IMG/VR virus record: IMGVR_UViG_3300038423_000131
DNA from: an uncultured virus (IMG/VR IMGVR_UViG_3300038423_000131)
Lineage: Duplodnaviria; Heunggongvirae; Uroviricota; Caudoviricetes
Length of the DNA: 30,546 nucleotides
Reading direction: 5' to 3' (one strand)
The position numbers were made by a program, and so were the translations under genes. This document shows positions 19,236-27,345 of the stretch, in pieces. Below the pieces are notes generated by a model that searched no databases, was not told where the DNA came from, and was given only the letters and a program-made list of their open reading frames with translations. The stretch's first letter is position 1, and each line of letters opens with the position of its first letter.

Positions 19236-19469
19236 ATGAAATGTCCAAAATGTGGTTCAAACGAAATAAAACTAATAGTAGGTAATTTATATAGGTGTTT
19301 TTCTTGCGGTCACAAGTTTAATAATTTTGAACCAATTAAATGTCCAAGACAAATCAAAGAAGAAGAAAACGAAGACCAAAGCGTTTATAGTGACGACCCA
19401 AAAGATACGCAAGAAGACGATATGGAAGAGGATTTAGGCTTCTTAGATGATAACGATATGGGTTGGTAA
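19236..19469 (+). CDS. Zn-ribbon protein with acidic C-terminal tail
   Basis: MKCPKCGS...YRCFSCGHKF, then a D/E-rich tail; TATA at about 19193. Confidence 0.7.
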   Translation: MKCPKCGSNEIKLIVGNLYRCFSCGHKFNNFEPIKCPRQIKEEENEDQSVYSDDPKDTQEDDMEEDLGFLDDNDMGW

Positions 19470-19662
19470 TTTGAGCAAGAATTTAAAAATACAAATAAAA
19501 AGAGTTTGCCCTAAATGCCAGAAAGTATTTTATTGCGATAATAGTTGTGCTTCTATTAATAAGAATTGTTTATGCGCTAAATGTTTTAAGGGTGCAGGTA
19601 ATACAGGTTTAGTCGTTGTAAACAACTTAATAGTAGGCAACCATTTATTTTTAGGTGACTAA
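19447..19662 (+). CDS. Cys-rich Zn-finger protein
   Basis: CPKCQKVFYC...CLCAKC. Confidence 0.55.
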   Translation: MITIWVGNLSKNLKIQIKRVCPKCQKVFYCDNSCASINKNCLCAKCFKGAGNTGLVVVNNLIVGNHLFLGD

Positions 19663-19749
19663 AATAACAACTACTAAATGCTGTGATAAATGCGGTGTTG
19701 AACATAACATTAAGGAAATACATATAGTTTGGATACCCAAGAACCATAG

Positions 19750-19902
19750 TCACAGTTGGCTGTGTGAGGGTTGTTGGTTAGTTGTAGAGTAAAAGAACCT
19801 TACATTGCATTTTGGGCATTTATAAACGATAATATTAGGGATAGGTTTTGAGTTATCTATATCCATTTTACATTGGCAGTAATGACATATATCATCTGGC
19901 AT
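19750..19902 (-). CDS. Zn-ribbon microprotein (MPDDICHYC...CPKC)
   Basis: Two CxxC pairs; minus-strand TATA at about 19926-19937 places the start at 19902. Confidence 0.55.
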   Translation of the reverse strand: MPDDICHYCQCKMDIDNSKPIPNIIVYKCPKCNVRFFYSTTNQQPSHSQL

Positions 19903-20129
19903 AAGGAATGAACAAAGTTTTCGTAATATATAAAAGTTTTTATTATCATTAACATTAGATAACCACAACCTTTTTAAGTAACAGATGCTATTATATTTAT
20001 GTTGATAAAAATGGGCGAAGTAATTGGAGTAAACAACTCAAGAATATGTCGAAGATGTAAAAGAGTTATTCCAGAAGGATTCATAGACTGCCCCTTTTGC
20101 GACACAAGATACAAGGTGGTTAAAGGTCA

Positions 20130-20354
20130 ATGAAAAAAGAACTTGAAGTTTATAGAAACGGGCTTATATATTGCTCAGTATGCACTAATGTTAAATCTAA
20201 GAGAAGGATAGTTGAATTAGTAAACCAGAAGAATCCAAGTGGATTAAATCACGGTTGGACAATAAGCACAGATGCAAAGTTTGTTACTGGACAAACTAAT
20301 CCATGCCCATGCGAACAAAAGGAAGGTTTCAAGCATTACTTAATGGTGTGTTAA
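20130..20354 (+). CDS. hypothetical Cys-rich protein
   Basis: YCSVCT...NPCPCE; ATGA-coupled to an upstream microprotein. Confidence 0.65.
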   Translation: MKKELEVYRNGLIYCSVCTNVKSKRRIVELVNQKNPSGLNHGWTISTDAKFVTGQTNPCPCEQKEGFKHYLMVC

Positions 20355-20356
20355 AT

Positions 20357-20518
20357 ATGAGAACACAAGAGTTTGTTTTATATACTAATCCAGATGGAAC
20401 AATTGGTTATTTTCTGATTGGAACTGAAACGCCAGAAGAAGTAACACATAGATTGCAGAAAGAAGGAAAACGAAATATAGTCGTGTTGAAAGCGCAAATA
20501 CTTTATTGGAGCATTTAA
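20357..20518 (+). CDS. hypothetical protein (start MRTQEF)
   Basis: GGTG RBS before ATG20357. Confidence 0.5.
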   Translation: MRTQEFVLYTNPDGTIGYFLIGTETPEEVTHRLQKEGKRNIVVLKAQILYWSI

Positions 20519-20519
20519 A

Positions 20520-20738
20520 ATGACACAAATAATTGAGTATGTTTCAAAAAAACAATTTGAAAAGATTAAAGCTAAGTTTCAACCACTTATAGATGAAAAT
20601 ATGAAGAATCCTAATTTTTGGAAGCGTGATGTTAGATATTGGATTAATCACGAATTTCCAACTACAGAAGAACTTGATATAATAGTGATTAGAGGTAAAC
20701 TTGCCATATCAATTATGTGTGAGAAAGAAGGGCAGTAA
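20520..20738 (+). CDS. hypothetical protein
   Basis: ORF in operon. Confidence 0.6.
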   Translation: MTQIIEYVSKKQFEKIKAKFQPLIDENMKNPNFWKRDVRYWINHEFPTTEELDIIVIRGKLAISIMCEKEGQ

Positions 20739-20786
20739 AATGGGAATGAAGAAAGGCGATATTGTCTGTAGTGAGTGTTATTTTAA

Positions 20787-21533
20787 ATGAAACACATAAA
20801 AATAAATGCTTTTGATTGCCCAGACGGATATATGAAGACATTAAGGGCAATAGATAAAGAAGGAATAGAATTTAAAGTTGGCTATGGTTCAGAGCAAACT
20901 TTAACCAAAAAAATTAACTTTACATTAGAAATTGAGCATCCAGAAATGAGACCATTACTTCATGAGAAAGCCCCAAATGATTTAACTTATCTTAATTGGT
21001 ATGCAGGCATATATCTTTGGTATCCAGAGCCAGACATGGCAGAATATACTTATGGCAACCGAATGCGTAAGCCAGTTGACCAATTACAAAATGTTATTGA
21101 TAGGTTTAAACAAGAGAAGTTTGACCGCCAATGTACAGTTATTATTCGAAGACCAGAAGACATAATTAAGGGTAAATGCAAAGACCCACCATGCTTAACG
21201 ATGATTGACTTCGAAATCATAGAAGATAAACTTTGTGCAACAGCTTACTTCCGTAGTTGGGATGCTTACGCTGGATTGCCATGCAACATAGCAGGCATAC
21301 AAATGATGGTAGAATTCATGGCTTCTGAGATTGGTGTACCATCTGGCAAACTTATTTTTCATAGTAAGAATACACACATTTATGAGAGACAATTCAAATT
21401 AGTTAGGGAGATGCTTGACCCTGAAATTATGAAAGAAAGATATATTAAAGTTGAGTCTCAATGCCCAAAATGCGGTACATTAAGAGATGTTGATGAACTA
21501 TGCCCGAAGTGTGGTGTAAAGAAAGATGTATAA
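20787..21533 (+). CDS. thyA: thymidylate synthase, archaeal ThyA type, with a C-terminal Zn ribbon
   Basis: YTYGNR, DQL, catalytic PPC, FRSWD, GLPCN, HIYE; tail CPKCG...CPKCG. Confidence 0.85.
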   Translation: MKHIKINAFDCPDGYMKTLRAIDKEGIEFKVGYGSEQTLTKKINFTLEIEHPEMRPLLHEKAPNDLTYLNWYAGIYLWYPEPDMAEYTYGNRMRKPVDQLQNVIDRFKQEKFDRQCTVIIRRPEDIIKGKCKDPPCLTMIDFEIIEDKLCATAYFRSWDAYAGLPCNIAGIQMMVEFMASEIGVPSGKLIFHSKNTHIYERQFKLVREMLDPEIMKERYIKVESQCPKCGTLRDVDELCPKCGVKKDV

Positions 21534-21672
21534 AGTTTATGATTGTAAAGTTTGTAATGGTAACGGTTATTTAATCATTAAAAACTCAAAATGTAATGGT
21601 AAATATCGGTTTGAAAGAGTTAAATGTGAAGAATGCAATGGTTCTGGTATTATAAGGAAAATAATTAATTAA
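21526..21672 (+). CDS. DnaJ-type CxxCxGxG Zn-finger microprotein (48 aa), not in the ORF track
   Basis: CKVCNGNG...CEECNGSG. Confidence 0.65.
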   Translation: MYKVYDCKVCNGNGYLIIKNSKCNGKYRFERVKCEECNGSGIIRKIIN

Positions 21673-22174
21673 AATTATTTTTATGTTCCCGTTCTTCTTG
21701 AGCAGTTATTACTCTATGGCAATTTGAACATAATAATTCAACATCATTTGGAATTTTATTATTTTTATACCATTTCACCATTAAACTTCTTGTAATTTTA
21801 TTCTTTTCTTCATCATTTCTACCATTTATATGATGAAAATCATAAATTTCTGGATGGTCTAAATCTTTTATATTACATTTTTTACATTTATTACCTAATT
21901 GTTCAATACACCACATTTTAATTTTCAAAAAGTTCTCTCTGGATTTTCGGTATATTGTATCATAATTTTCTTTGCGCTTTAATTTAATTTCTTCCTTGTG
22001 ATTTTCTCTATATCTTTTATTCCCTAAGTTGTGTTCTAATATATGATTTTTTGCATAATTTTTTCTATATTCAGGATGTTCTTTAGCCCATTTCTTACTC
22101 TGTTCTCTATGTTTCTCAGGATTTTTCTTTCGCCATTCCTTAACTTTATCATAAGTCGTTGTCAAATTTATCAC
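21665..22174 (-). CDS. free-standing HNH endonuclease, opposite strand to its neighbours
   Basis: LGNKCKKC...IYDFHHING...IPNDVELLCSNCHR; minus-strand TATA at 22199-22206. Confidence 0.85.
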   Translation of the reverse strand: MINLTTTYDKVKEWRKKNPEKHREQSKKWAKEHPEYRKNYAKNHILEHNLGNKRYRENHKEEIKLKRKENYDTIYRKSRENFLKIKMWCIEQLGNKCKKCNIKDLDHPEIYDFHHINGRNDEEKNKITRSLMVKWYKNNKIPNDVELLCSNCHRVITAQEEREHKNNFN

Positions 22175-22311
22175 TATAATTACATATATTTAAGCAACTA
22201 TTTAAATCTTTCTCTTTACATAACTAAAAAATGTTGAGATAAAGATTATATGGTAATAATAAGAAAGGTTTAAATAAGGCGGCGATATATAGGTAAATAT
22301 ATGAGGGATAA

Positions 22312-22680
22312 TTGATGACAAATCCAGCGTGTCCAAACTGTGGTAGATTAATGTACGATGAATGGAGAAATACAATCGTTGGAACTGAGATGAAAGGTAG
22401 GTCTAAGTTTTGGGTTTGTAAATCATGTAAAATTAAATTTAAGATAGGTGCTGAAACAATTCGGAGAAAGGGAAAAGTTTTAACTGATGAAGAAATACGC
22501 AAGAATCTTGGTCTGCCACCTAAAGCAGTAACTTCAACAGTAAGTTCTCCAAAACAAACATTATTGCATAAGCGTAAACATAAGAAAGAGAAACAGCCAG
22601 CATTATTCTTTCCAAGTGAGCCAGCACTATTAACTACTCCATTCAATACTGAACAACCAAAAGAGGATGAAAAGAAATGA
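22312..22680 (+). CDS. Zn-ribbon protein with basic tail
   Basis: CPNCG...CKSC; TATA at about 22268, GAGG RBS. Confidence 0.65.
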   Translation: MMTNPACPNCGRLMYDEWRNTIVGTEMKGRSKFWVCKSCKIKFKIGAETIRRKGKVLTDEEIRKNLGLPPKAVTSTVSSPKQTLLHKRKHKKEKQPALFFPSEPALLTTPFNTEQPKEDEKK

Positions 22681-22856
22681 GTAAAGAAATTGATGACCCA
22701 ATAAACCCAAAACTTGCGCCAATATGCGGTTGGTTTTCAGGTGCATTTTTTATAATGAGTATTTGGAAAGGTAATACAGGTCTCTTTACATTATCATTTC
22801 TATTCGGCGGTTTAGCCTATCTTGCTTACCGATGGCGTAAATGTAGGGTTGATTAA
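22677..22856 (+). CDS. small two-helix membrane protein (59 aa), not in the ORF track
   Basis: ATGA-coupled; hydrophobic segments followed by RWRK. Confidence 0.55.
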   Translation: MSKEIDDPINPKLAPICGWFSGAFFIMSIWKGNTGLFTLSFLFGGLAYLAYRWRKCRVD

Positions 22857-23206
22857 ACTCCCCTATAGTCAAAACTTTTTAAACTTTAGCAAAAACCCAA
22901 AATTAAACAGAAGACTAATAAAATAAACTTTTTATTATATTTTTTCCAATAATTGAATTAGATTCTGACTCTGTTACTAAGAAACTAAGAAATAAAAATA
23001 ATGTGATATTATAATTCATATTATAATGTTTAAGATTTTATGACATTATCATTTGAAATAAAATTTAGGAATTGTTTTGTTGAAAAAGGTCGTATGGGAA
23101 CCGCCGCCACACAAAAATTTTGGAGTGTGTGAATTTTTAAAGGTGATATTTTAATGAGTATTAAACTACTTAAGTAATTACTTAAACACAAACATTATAA
23201 GCAACG

Positions 23207-23686
23207 ATGTATATATACATTCTTAGACCGAAAATGGATAAATTAGACCCAACAAAATATAGGATATTAAGAACGGCTGATGGTGACATATATCAGAGAT
23301 GGTGGAAAGGTGGGCATATTGGGGCTAATTATCATGGTGGTGGTTGCGGTAGTTCATTTAATGGTGAAGGGGCAGATGTTCCTGACCAATGGCGAACTTT
23401 AAATCCAATAACTAAAAATAATAAAATAAATGAAATAAAAAATTATGAAAAAATTCCAATAATTTTTGATTGTAGTTATCAATTAAGATTACAAAATTTA
23501 ATAATTAGAGAAAAACTCAGGAAAGAATTTGCTGAAAAAGCCAATATGATAGTTAATGATAAAGGGATTTGGAATAGTATTAAAGTTTGGTGGTACGGCT
23601 GGAATATTCGAAGGTTGAGGGGTATATCACCTGAAAATTACATTAAAAGTTTCCCCAAATACCCTATTAAAAACGATTTAGGGTGA
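23207..23686 (+). CDS. hypothetical protein (likely start MDKLDP)
   Basis: ORF after palindrome 23170 and TATA at about 23194. Confidence 0.6.
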   Translation: MYIYILRPKMDKLDPTKYRILRTADGDIYQRWWKGGHIGANYHGGGCGSSFNGEGADVPDQWRTLNPITKNNKINEIKNYEKIPIIFDCSYQLRLQNLIIREKLRKEFAEKANMIVNDKGIWNSIKVWWYGWNIRRLRGISPENYIKSFPKYPIKNDLG

Positions 23687-23836
23687 AAATGTCAAATTTT
23701 TTTTAGCCCATTTTTTGGTAATTGGGGCTATCTAAAGCGTAGAAACCATATATGATAAATGACCGAAATATATATTAATAGGTAAGATATAACTTGTTTG
23801 TTAGTGACAAAATGAATAGACAATTAACATTAAACG

Positions 23837-24649
23837 GTGGTGAAAAAATTAATGAAAAGTAAATTATATGGTACTATACTTCTAATAGCATTAATGATGA
23901 TGGCAGTTGTTATGATGAGTAATGTTAATGCTTGCACACAATCAATAACTTTATCTCCAAACTCTGGATTTTCTTGCGTTACAATAGTTGGAAGTGACTT
24001 TGATAATAACAAAGTTATAACTATCTATTGGAATGATGTTTCGCAACCTTTTGTTAGTGCAACTGGAAAAACTGATAGTTCTGGAAACTTTGTAGTAATC
24101 ATTTCTATACCTACAACTACGGCTGGCTTATACACAATAAAAGCAACAGTTAATGGCGATTCAGCATCGGCAACATTCACAGTTATTAGTATGGTAGGCG
24201 CAACGGGTGCAACTGGACAGACAGGAGCTACAGGCTCACAAGGCGAACAAGGTGCTCAAGGTATTCAAGGAGAGCAAGGTATTCAGGGTGCTACAGGTTT
24301 AACAGGTGCAGTAGGACACGTTGGAAAGACAGGTCTTCAAGGAATTGCAGGAGTAAATGGTACAAATGGAACTAACGGAACAAACGGCAAAGATGGTGCA
24401 ACAGGATTAACAGGTGCTATGGGTGCAACTGGTAGTCAAGGGGCTACTGGCGCAACTGGTCAAAGTGGTGCTACTGGTGCGACTGGTTCTCAAGGTGCTA
24501 TTGGTAGTCAAGGAAAAGCTGGAACTAATGGTACAGATGGCATTAATGGTGCAGGTTTTCCACTATGGCTCTCAATCGTTTTAGTTGTTACTGCCATAGC
24601 AGTAGTGACTTTAAGCGCACTTGCATATAGAAAAGTCAAAAGAAGTTAA
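23837..24649 (+). CDS. secreted, C-terminally membrane-anchored collagen-like protein (signal peptide, Ig-like domain, 40 Gly-X-Y triplets, TM helix, basic tail)
   Basis: N-terminal KK plus hydrophobic stretch plus VNA cleavage site; beta-rich domain; uninterrupted [33 protein letters not shown]. Confidence 0.85.
   Translation: MVKKLMKSKLYGTILLIALMMMAVVMMSNVNACTQSITLSPNSGFSCVTIVGSDFDNNKVITIYWNDVSQPFVSATGKTDSSGNFVVIISIPTTTAGLYTIKATVNGDSASATFTVISMVGATGATGQTGATGSQGEQGAQGIQGEQGIQGATGLTGAVGHVGKTGLQGIAGVNGTNGTNGTNGKDGATGLTGAMGATGSQGATGATGQSGATGATGSQGAIGSQGKAGTNGTDGINGAGFPLWLSIVLVVTAIAVVTLSALAYRKVKRS
24197..24556 (+). repeat. collagen Gly-X-Y coding repeat, 40 triplets
   Basis: Counted from the translation, GAT GAT GQT ... 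GIN GAG; contains no Pro. Confidence 0.9.
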
Positions 24650-24692
24650 GGGATTTTAATTCCCAAACCAAATCTTTTTTATTTTTATTTTT
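24650..24692 (+). terminator. short hairpin plus long T-rich tract after the collagen gene
   Basis: GGGA-TTTTAAT-TCCC, then TTTTTTATTTTTATTTTT. Confidence 0.55.
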
Positions 24693-24923
24693 CCGAAATT
24701 ATTCGAAGTTGGATTCGTTAAATATTAAATAAAAATTGATGGACTTTTACCATAGCGACTTTATGTTTTTAACGAATTCTGACGGGTTATTTCGTTTTCC
24801 ATAAAAAGACCATAGTTTTTGACCATCAGTTTCGAAGTAGGGTTTAAAATATAAAGCTGGGTAATTTTAAGTAATTACTTAAGCAAAAACTTTATTAGTT
24901 ACTGCCTGTATTAATAATGATGA

Positions 24924-25331
24924 TTGAAATTGCTAATAAATCCTAAAGCCCCAAAATATGTAGTTGAACACCCAGAATTATATCAAAATTCAGGGTGGGA
25001 TATGGATGATAGTAAATGCCGATTTTCGGTAAAGCATAAAGTTGGCGACATAATTAAATGTTTAATTATAAGTAATAGACACGATGATAACAGTTATATT
25101 GATAAAGATAGCGAAATATCCTATTTTATTGGTGAAGTAATGGGTTACTACAGTGTAGGTTATGGCATAATATCAATAAAAATAATTTATTTAAAAGATA
25201 AAAATAATAGTTTCTACAAAGTTGGCGACTATCATAGTCTTCATCATGGTTGGGTTGACAATGCTGAGAATCCCAAACTTTTAAATGACCTTAAAAAAAT
25301 AAGAGGAAAAGAGGTTTTCATTTTCAGATGA
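24924..25331 (+). CDS. FxFR-tail operon gene 1 (ends KEVFIFR)
   Basis: First ORF after palindrome 24867 and TATA 24891. Confidence 0.7.
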   Translation: MKLLINPKAPKYVVEHPELYQNSGWDMDDSKCRFSVKHKVGDIIKCLIISNRHDDNSYIDKDSEISYFIGEVMGYYSVGYGIISIKIIYLKDKNNSFYKVGDYHSLHHGWVDNAENPKLLNDLKKIRGKEVFIFR

Positions 25332-25570
25332 TTAGGGTTAAATGTAAAAGTTGCGGTAAAACATTTTTATGTAATGCAGACGGCGTTATGACTTTTAGCG
25401 GAAAAATAGTTAAATTTAAATGCTTTGATGAAGATGATTGGGGTGGCATTAAAATTGAAAAAACTACAGAGAGAAAATGTTATTGTAAAGAATGCACAAC
25501 TAAAAATGAACCTTATAATAAACAACGAGTTAAACGGTGTTATAGTGGAGAGGGGTTTGTCTTTAGATGA
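25328..25570 (+). CDS. FxFR-tail operon gene 2, Zn finger (ends GEGFVFR)
   Basis: ATGA-coupled; CKSC, CYCKEC. Confidence 0.75.
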   Translation: MIRVKCKSCGKTFLCNADGVMTFSGKIVKFKCFDEDDWGGIKIEKTTERKCYCKECTTKNEPYNKQRVKRCYSGEGFVFR

Positions 25571-25803
25571 GTGATATAAAACTAATTTGCCCTTACTGTA
25601 AGACACCTTTAGTATCTTATGATAAATATTGTTATTGGTGTGAATGTCATCCTTTAAAAAATTATAAATCACTTTCAGTTAGAAAATTCTCATGGCAATA
25701 TAATTATAAAACTAAATCTTGGCTTTATTTAGAGGCAGAAAATTCGGGTTGGATAGAAGTTAACGAAAAACCACAACCAAAGCAGGTGTTCATATTTAGA
25801 TGA
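25567..25803 (+). CDS. FxFR-tail operon gene 3, Zn finger (ends KQVFIFR)
   Basis: ATGA-coupled; CPYC, CECH. Confidence 0.75.
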   Translation: MSDIKLICPYCKTPLVSYDKYCYWCECHPLKNYKSLSVRKFSWQYNYKTKSWLYLEAENSGWIEVNEKPQPKQVFIFR

Positions 25804-26102
25804 TTAAATGTTGTAGGTGCGGTGTAGAATTCCATATTGATTTAAATTATAAATATGGAAAGATTGATTTGGAAAATGGAAATTATATCCAGTCTATGAT
25901 TACTCATAAAGGTAAAACTTATTATTGTTGCAAAGACTGCGATAAAATATGGGATAAATTTTACTCTAAAAAAGTAGATATAAGTACCCTTGCAGATATA
26001 TATAATAAATGGAATAATTGGCGTAACATCTTTTTTAATTATTTCTTGAAACTTAAAGATGTTCCAGATAAAGAAACTAAACATACATTTATATTCAGGT
26101 GA
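25800..26102 (+). CDS. FxFR-tail operon gene 4, TRASH-like Zn finger (ends KHTFIFR)
   Basis: ATGA-coupled; CCRCG...GKTYYCCKDC. Confidence 0.75.
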   Translation: MIKCCRCGVEFHIDLNYKYGKIDLENGNYIQSMITHKGKTYYCCKDCDKIWDKFYSKKVDISTLADIYNKWNNWRNIFFNYFLKLKDVPDKETKHTFIFR

Positions 26103-26365
26103 TATGGATGTTTATTGTTTGCCCCATTTGTAAGTCACGGTTAATTCTTTCAGAATGTACAAGAAAAATTAATTACACTCACGATTATTACAGATGCAAA
26201 TGCAAGTCATATAATAGTTGTGGCAATTGGATATATTTACATGATGGAAGCGAATATTTAGTTAGAAGTGGTGGCAAAAGATGGGGTTACTTAGGTCGTA
26301 ATGAACCAACTAAATATTTTAACGATAAAGAAATGAAGATTAAGGAAACTTTTATATTCAGGTGA
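26099..26365 (+). CDS. FxFR-tail operon gene 5, Zn ribbon (ends KETFIFR)
   Basis: GTGA-coupled; CPIC, CKC...C. Confidence 0.75.
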   Translation: MIWMFIVCPICKSRLILSECTRKINYTHDYYRCKCKSYNSCGNWIYLHDGSEYLVRSGGKRWGYLGRNEPTKYFNDKEMKIKETFIFR

Positions 26366-26422
26366 CTAATGGTTAAAAGAGGTAAAGTTTATATAGGAGA
26401 ACTCCATACTTAATTATATAAA

Positions 26423-26851
26423 GTGATTGATTTGAAAAACAACAGAATTGAATTAAATACTTACGACCATAATTTCGGGTTTGTTTTGCCAATGAAAACT
26501 AATGTGTTTTGGGAACAACAAACTAATGGCGTATGTTGCAACCATGTGCAAATTGAAGGCGTATTTGTACCATTACCAATGGATGGCGACATAGGCAAGA
26601 TTCTTGGTAGAATTTCAGGTGCTAATTATGACTTTAATGAACCTGCCGTTTGTCAAGGCTGGGCTGATTTGCATAAATATCTTAAAAAGTATGAACAATT
26701 AGAGTTTGAAGAAGTAAAAGCACCACAAGGTCAGCCAGAAAACCAAGAAGGATTAGTTTGGGTTAAAATTACACGCTGGCAGAGTTTCATTGGACACGGC
26801 TTCGGCATGGTTGGTAAGACAGTTTGTTTGTTCTATCCAAATTGCGATTAG
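26423..26851 (+). CDS. hypothetical protein, DUF6210-like from recalled motifs
   Basis: QQTNGVCCNH..IEGVFVPL ... EGLVWV ... YPNCD; own TATA at about 26388. Confidence 0.5.
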   Translation: MIDLKNNRIELNTYDHNFGFVLPMKTNVFWEQQTNGVCCNHVQIEGVFVPLPMDGDIGKILGRISGANYDFNEPAVCQGWADLHKYLKKYEQLEFEEVKAPQGQPENQEGLVWVKITRWQSFIGHGFGMVGKTVCLFYPNCD

Positions 26852-26994
26852 GTGAAAAATATGTGTCAATATCGAGTTGGGTTAGTTAAAAATTGTCGAA
26901 AATGCAAGTCTTCAATACGCAAAAATTGCCCTTTACGCAAAAAACAAAAAAATAAAGAATACTTTGACACCGTGAAAAAAGGTGAATCTAAGCA

Positions 26995-27225
26995 ATGACA
27001 GAACAAAAAACACTAAAACAATACTTAGCAGATAATTCAATTTATCTGTCAGATGAAATTCTAAAAAGAATAGAAAAGGCAGTAAAATCATATAACAAAG
27101 AATGGTTAACACAAAAACGCCAAGAAAATAGTAAAAGTAGTTTAGAAATAAAACGCAATGTCGTCAATTTTTTCGGTAAACATTGGCTTGATGCAGATGA
27201 ACTTTTAGAGGATGTAGAAAAATGA
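26995..27225 (+). CDS. hypothetical protein
   Basis: GGTGA RBS, ATGA overlaps at both ends. Confidence 0.6.
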   Translation: MTEQKTLKQYLADNSIYLSDEILKRIEKAVKSYNKEWLTQKRQENSKSSLEIKRNVVNFFGKHWLDADELLEDVEK

Positions 27226-27345
27226 CCTGCAAAAAATCTGATAGATGCGCTAACTATAAAATTGGAAATTGGGCGTGTGACCACACAGGCGAAGAATATT
27301 GCCAAAATTTCACGGAGAAACAAACAGCAAGTTTGGTGTATTAAA

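Noticed and set aside
20787..21533. dCMP hydroxymethylase feeding glycosylated-hmC DNA together with the GT cluster
   Set aside because: The specificity position is Asn (GLPCN) as in dUMP enzymes, not Asp, and the gene lies about 12 kb from the GT cluster. DNA modification is not excluded but is unsupported.
24924..26365. Integron-like cassette array with a conserved DNA recombination site at gene junctions
   Set aside because: Junction similarity is limited to the F-x-F-R codons and varies at synonymous positions. There are no intergenic attC-like hairpins and no integrase in the window.
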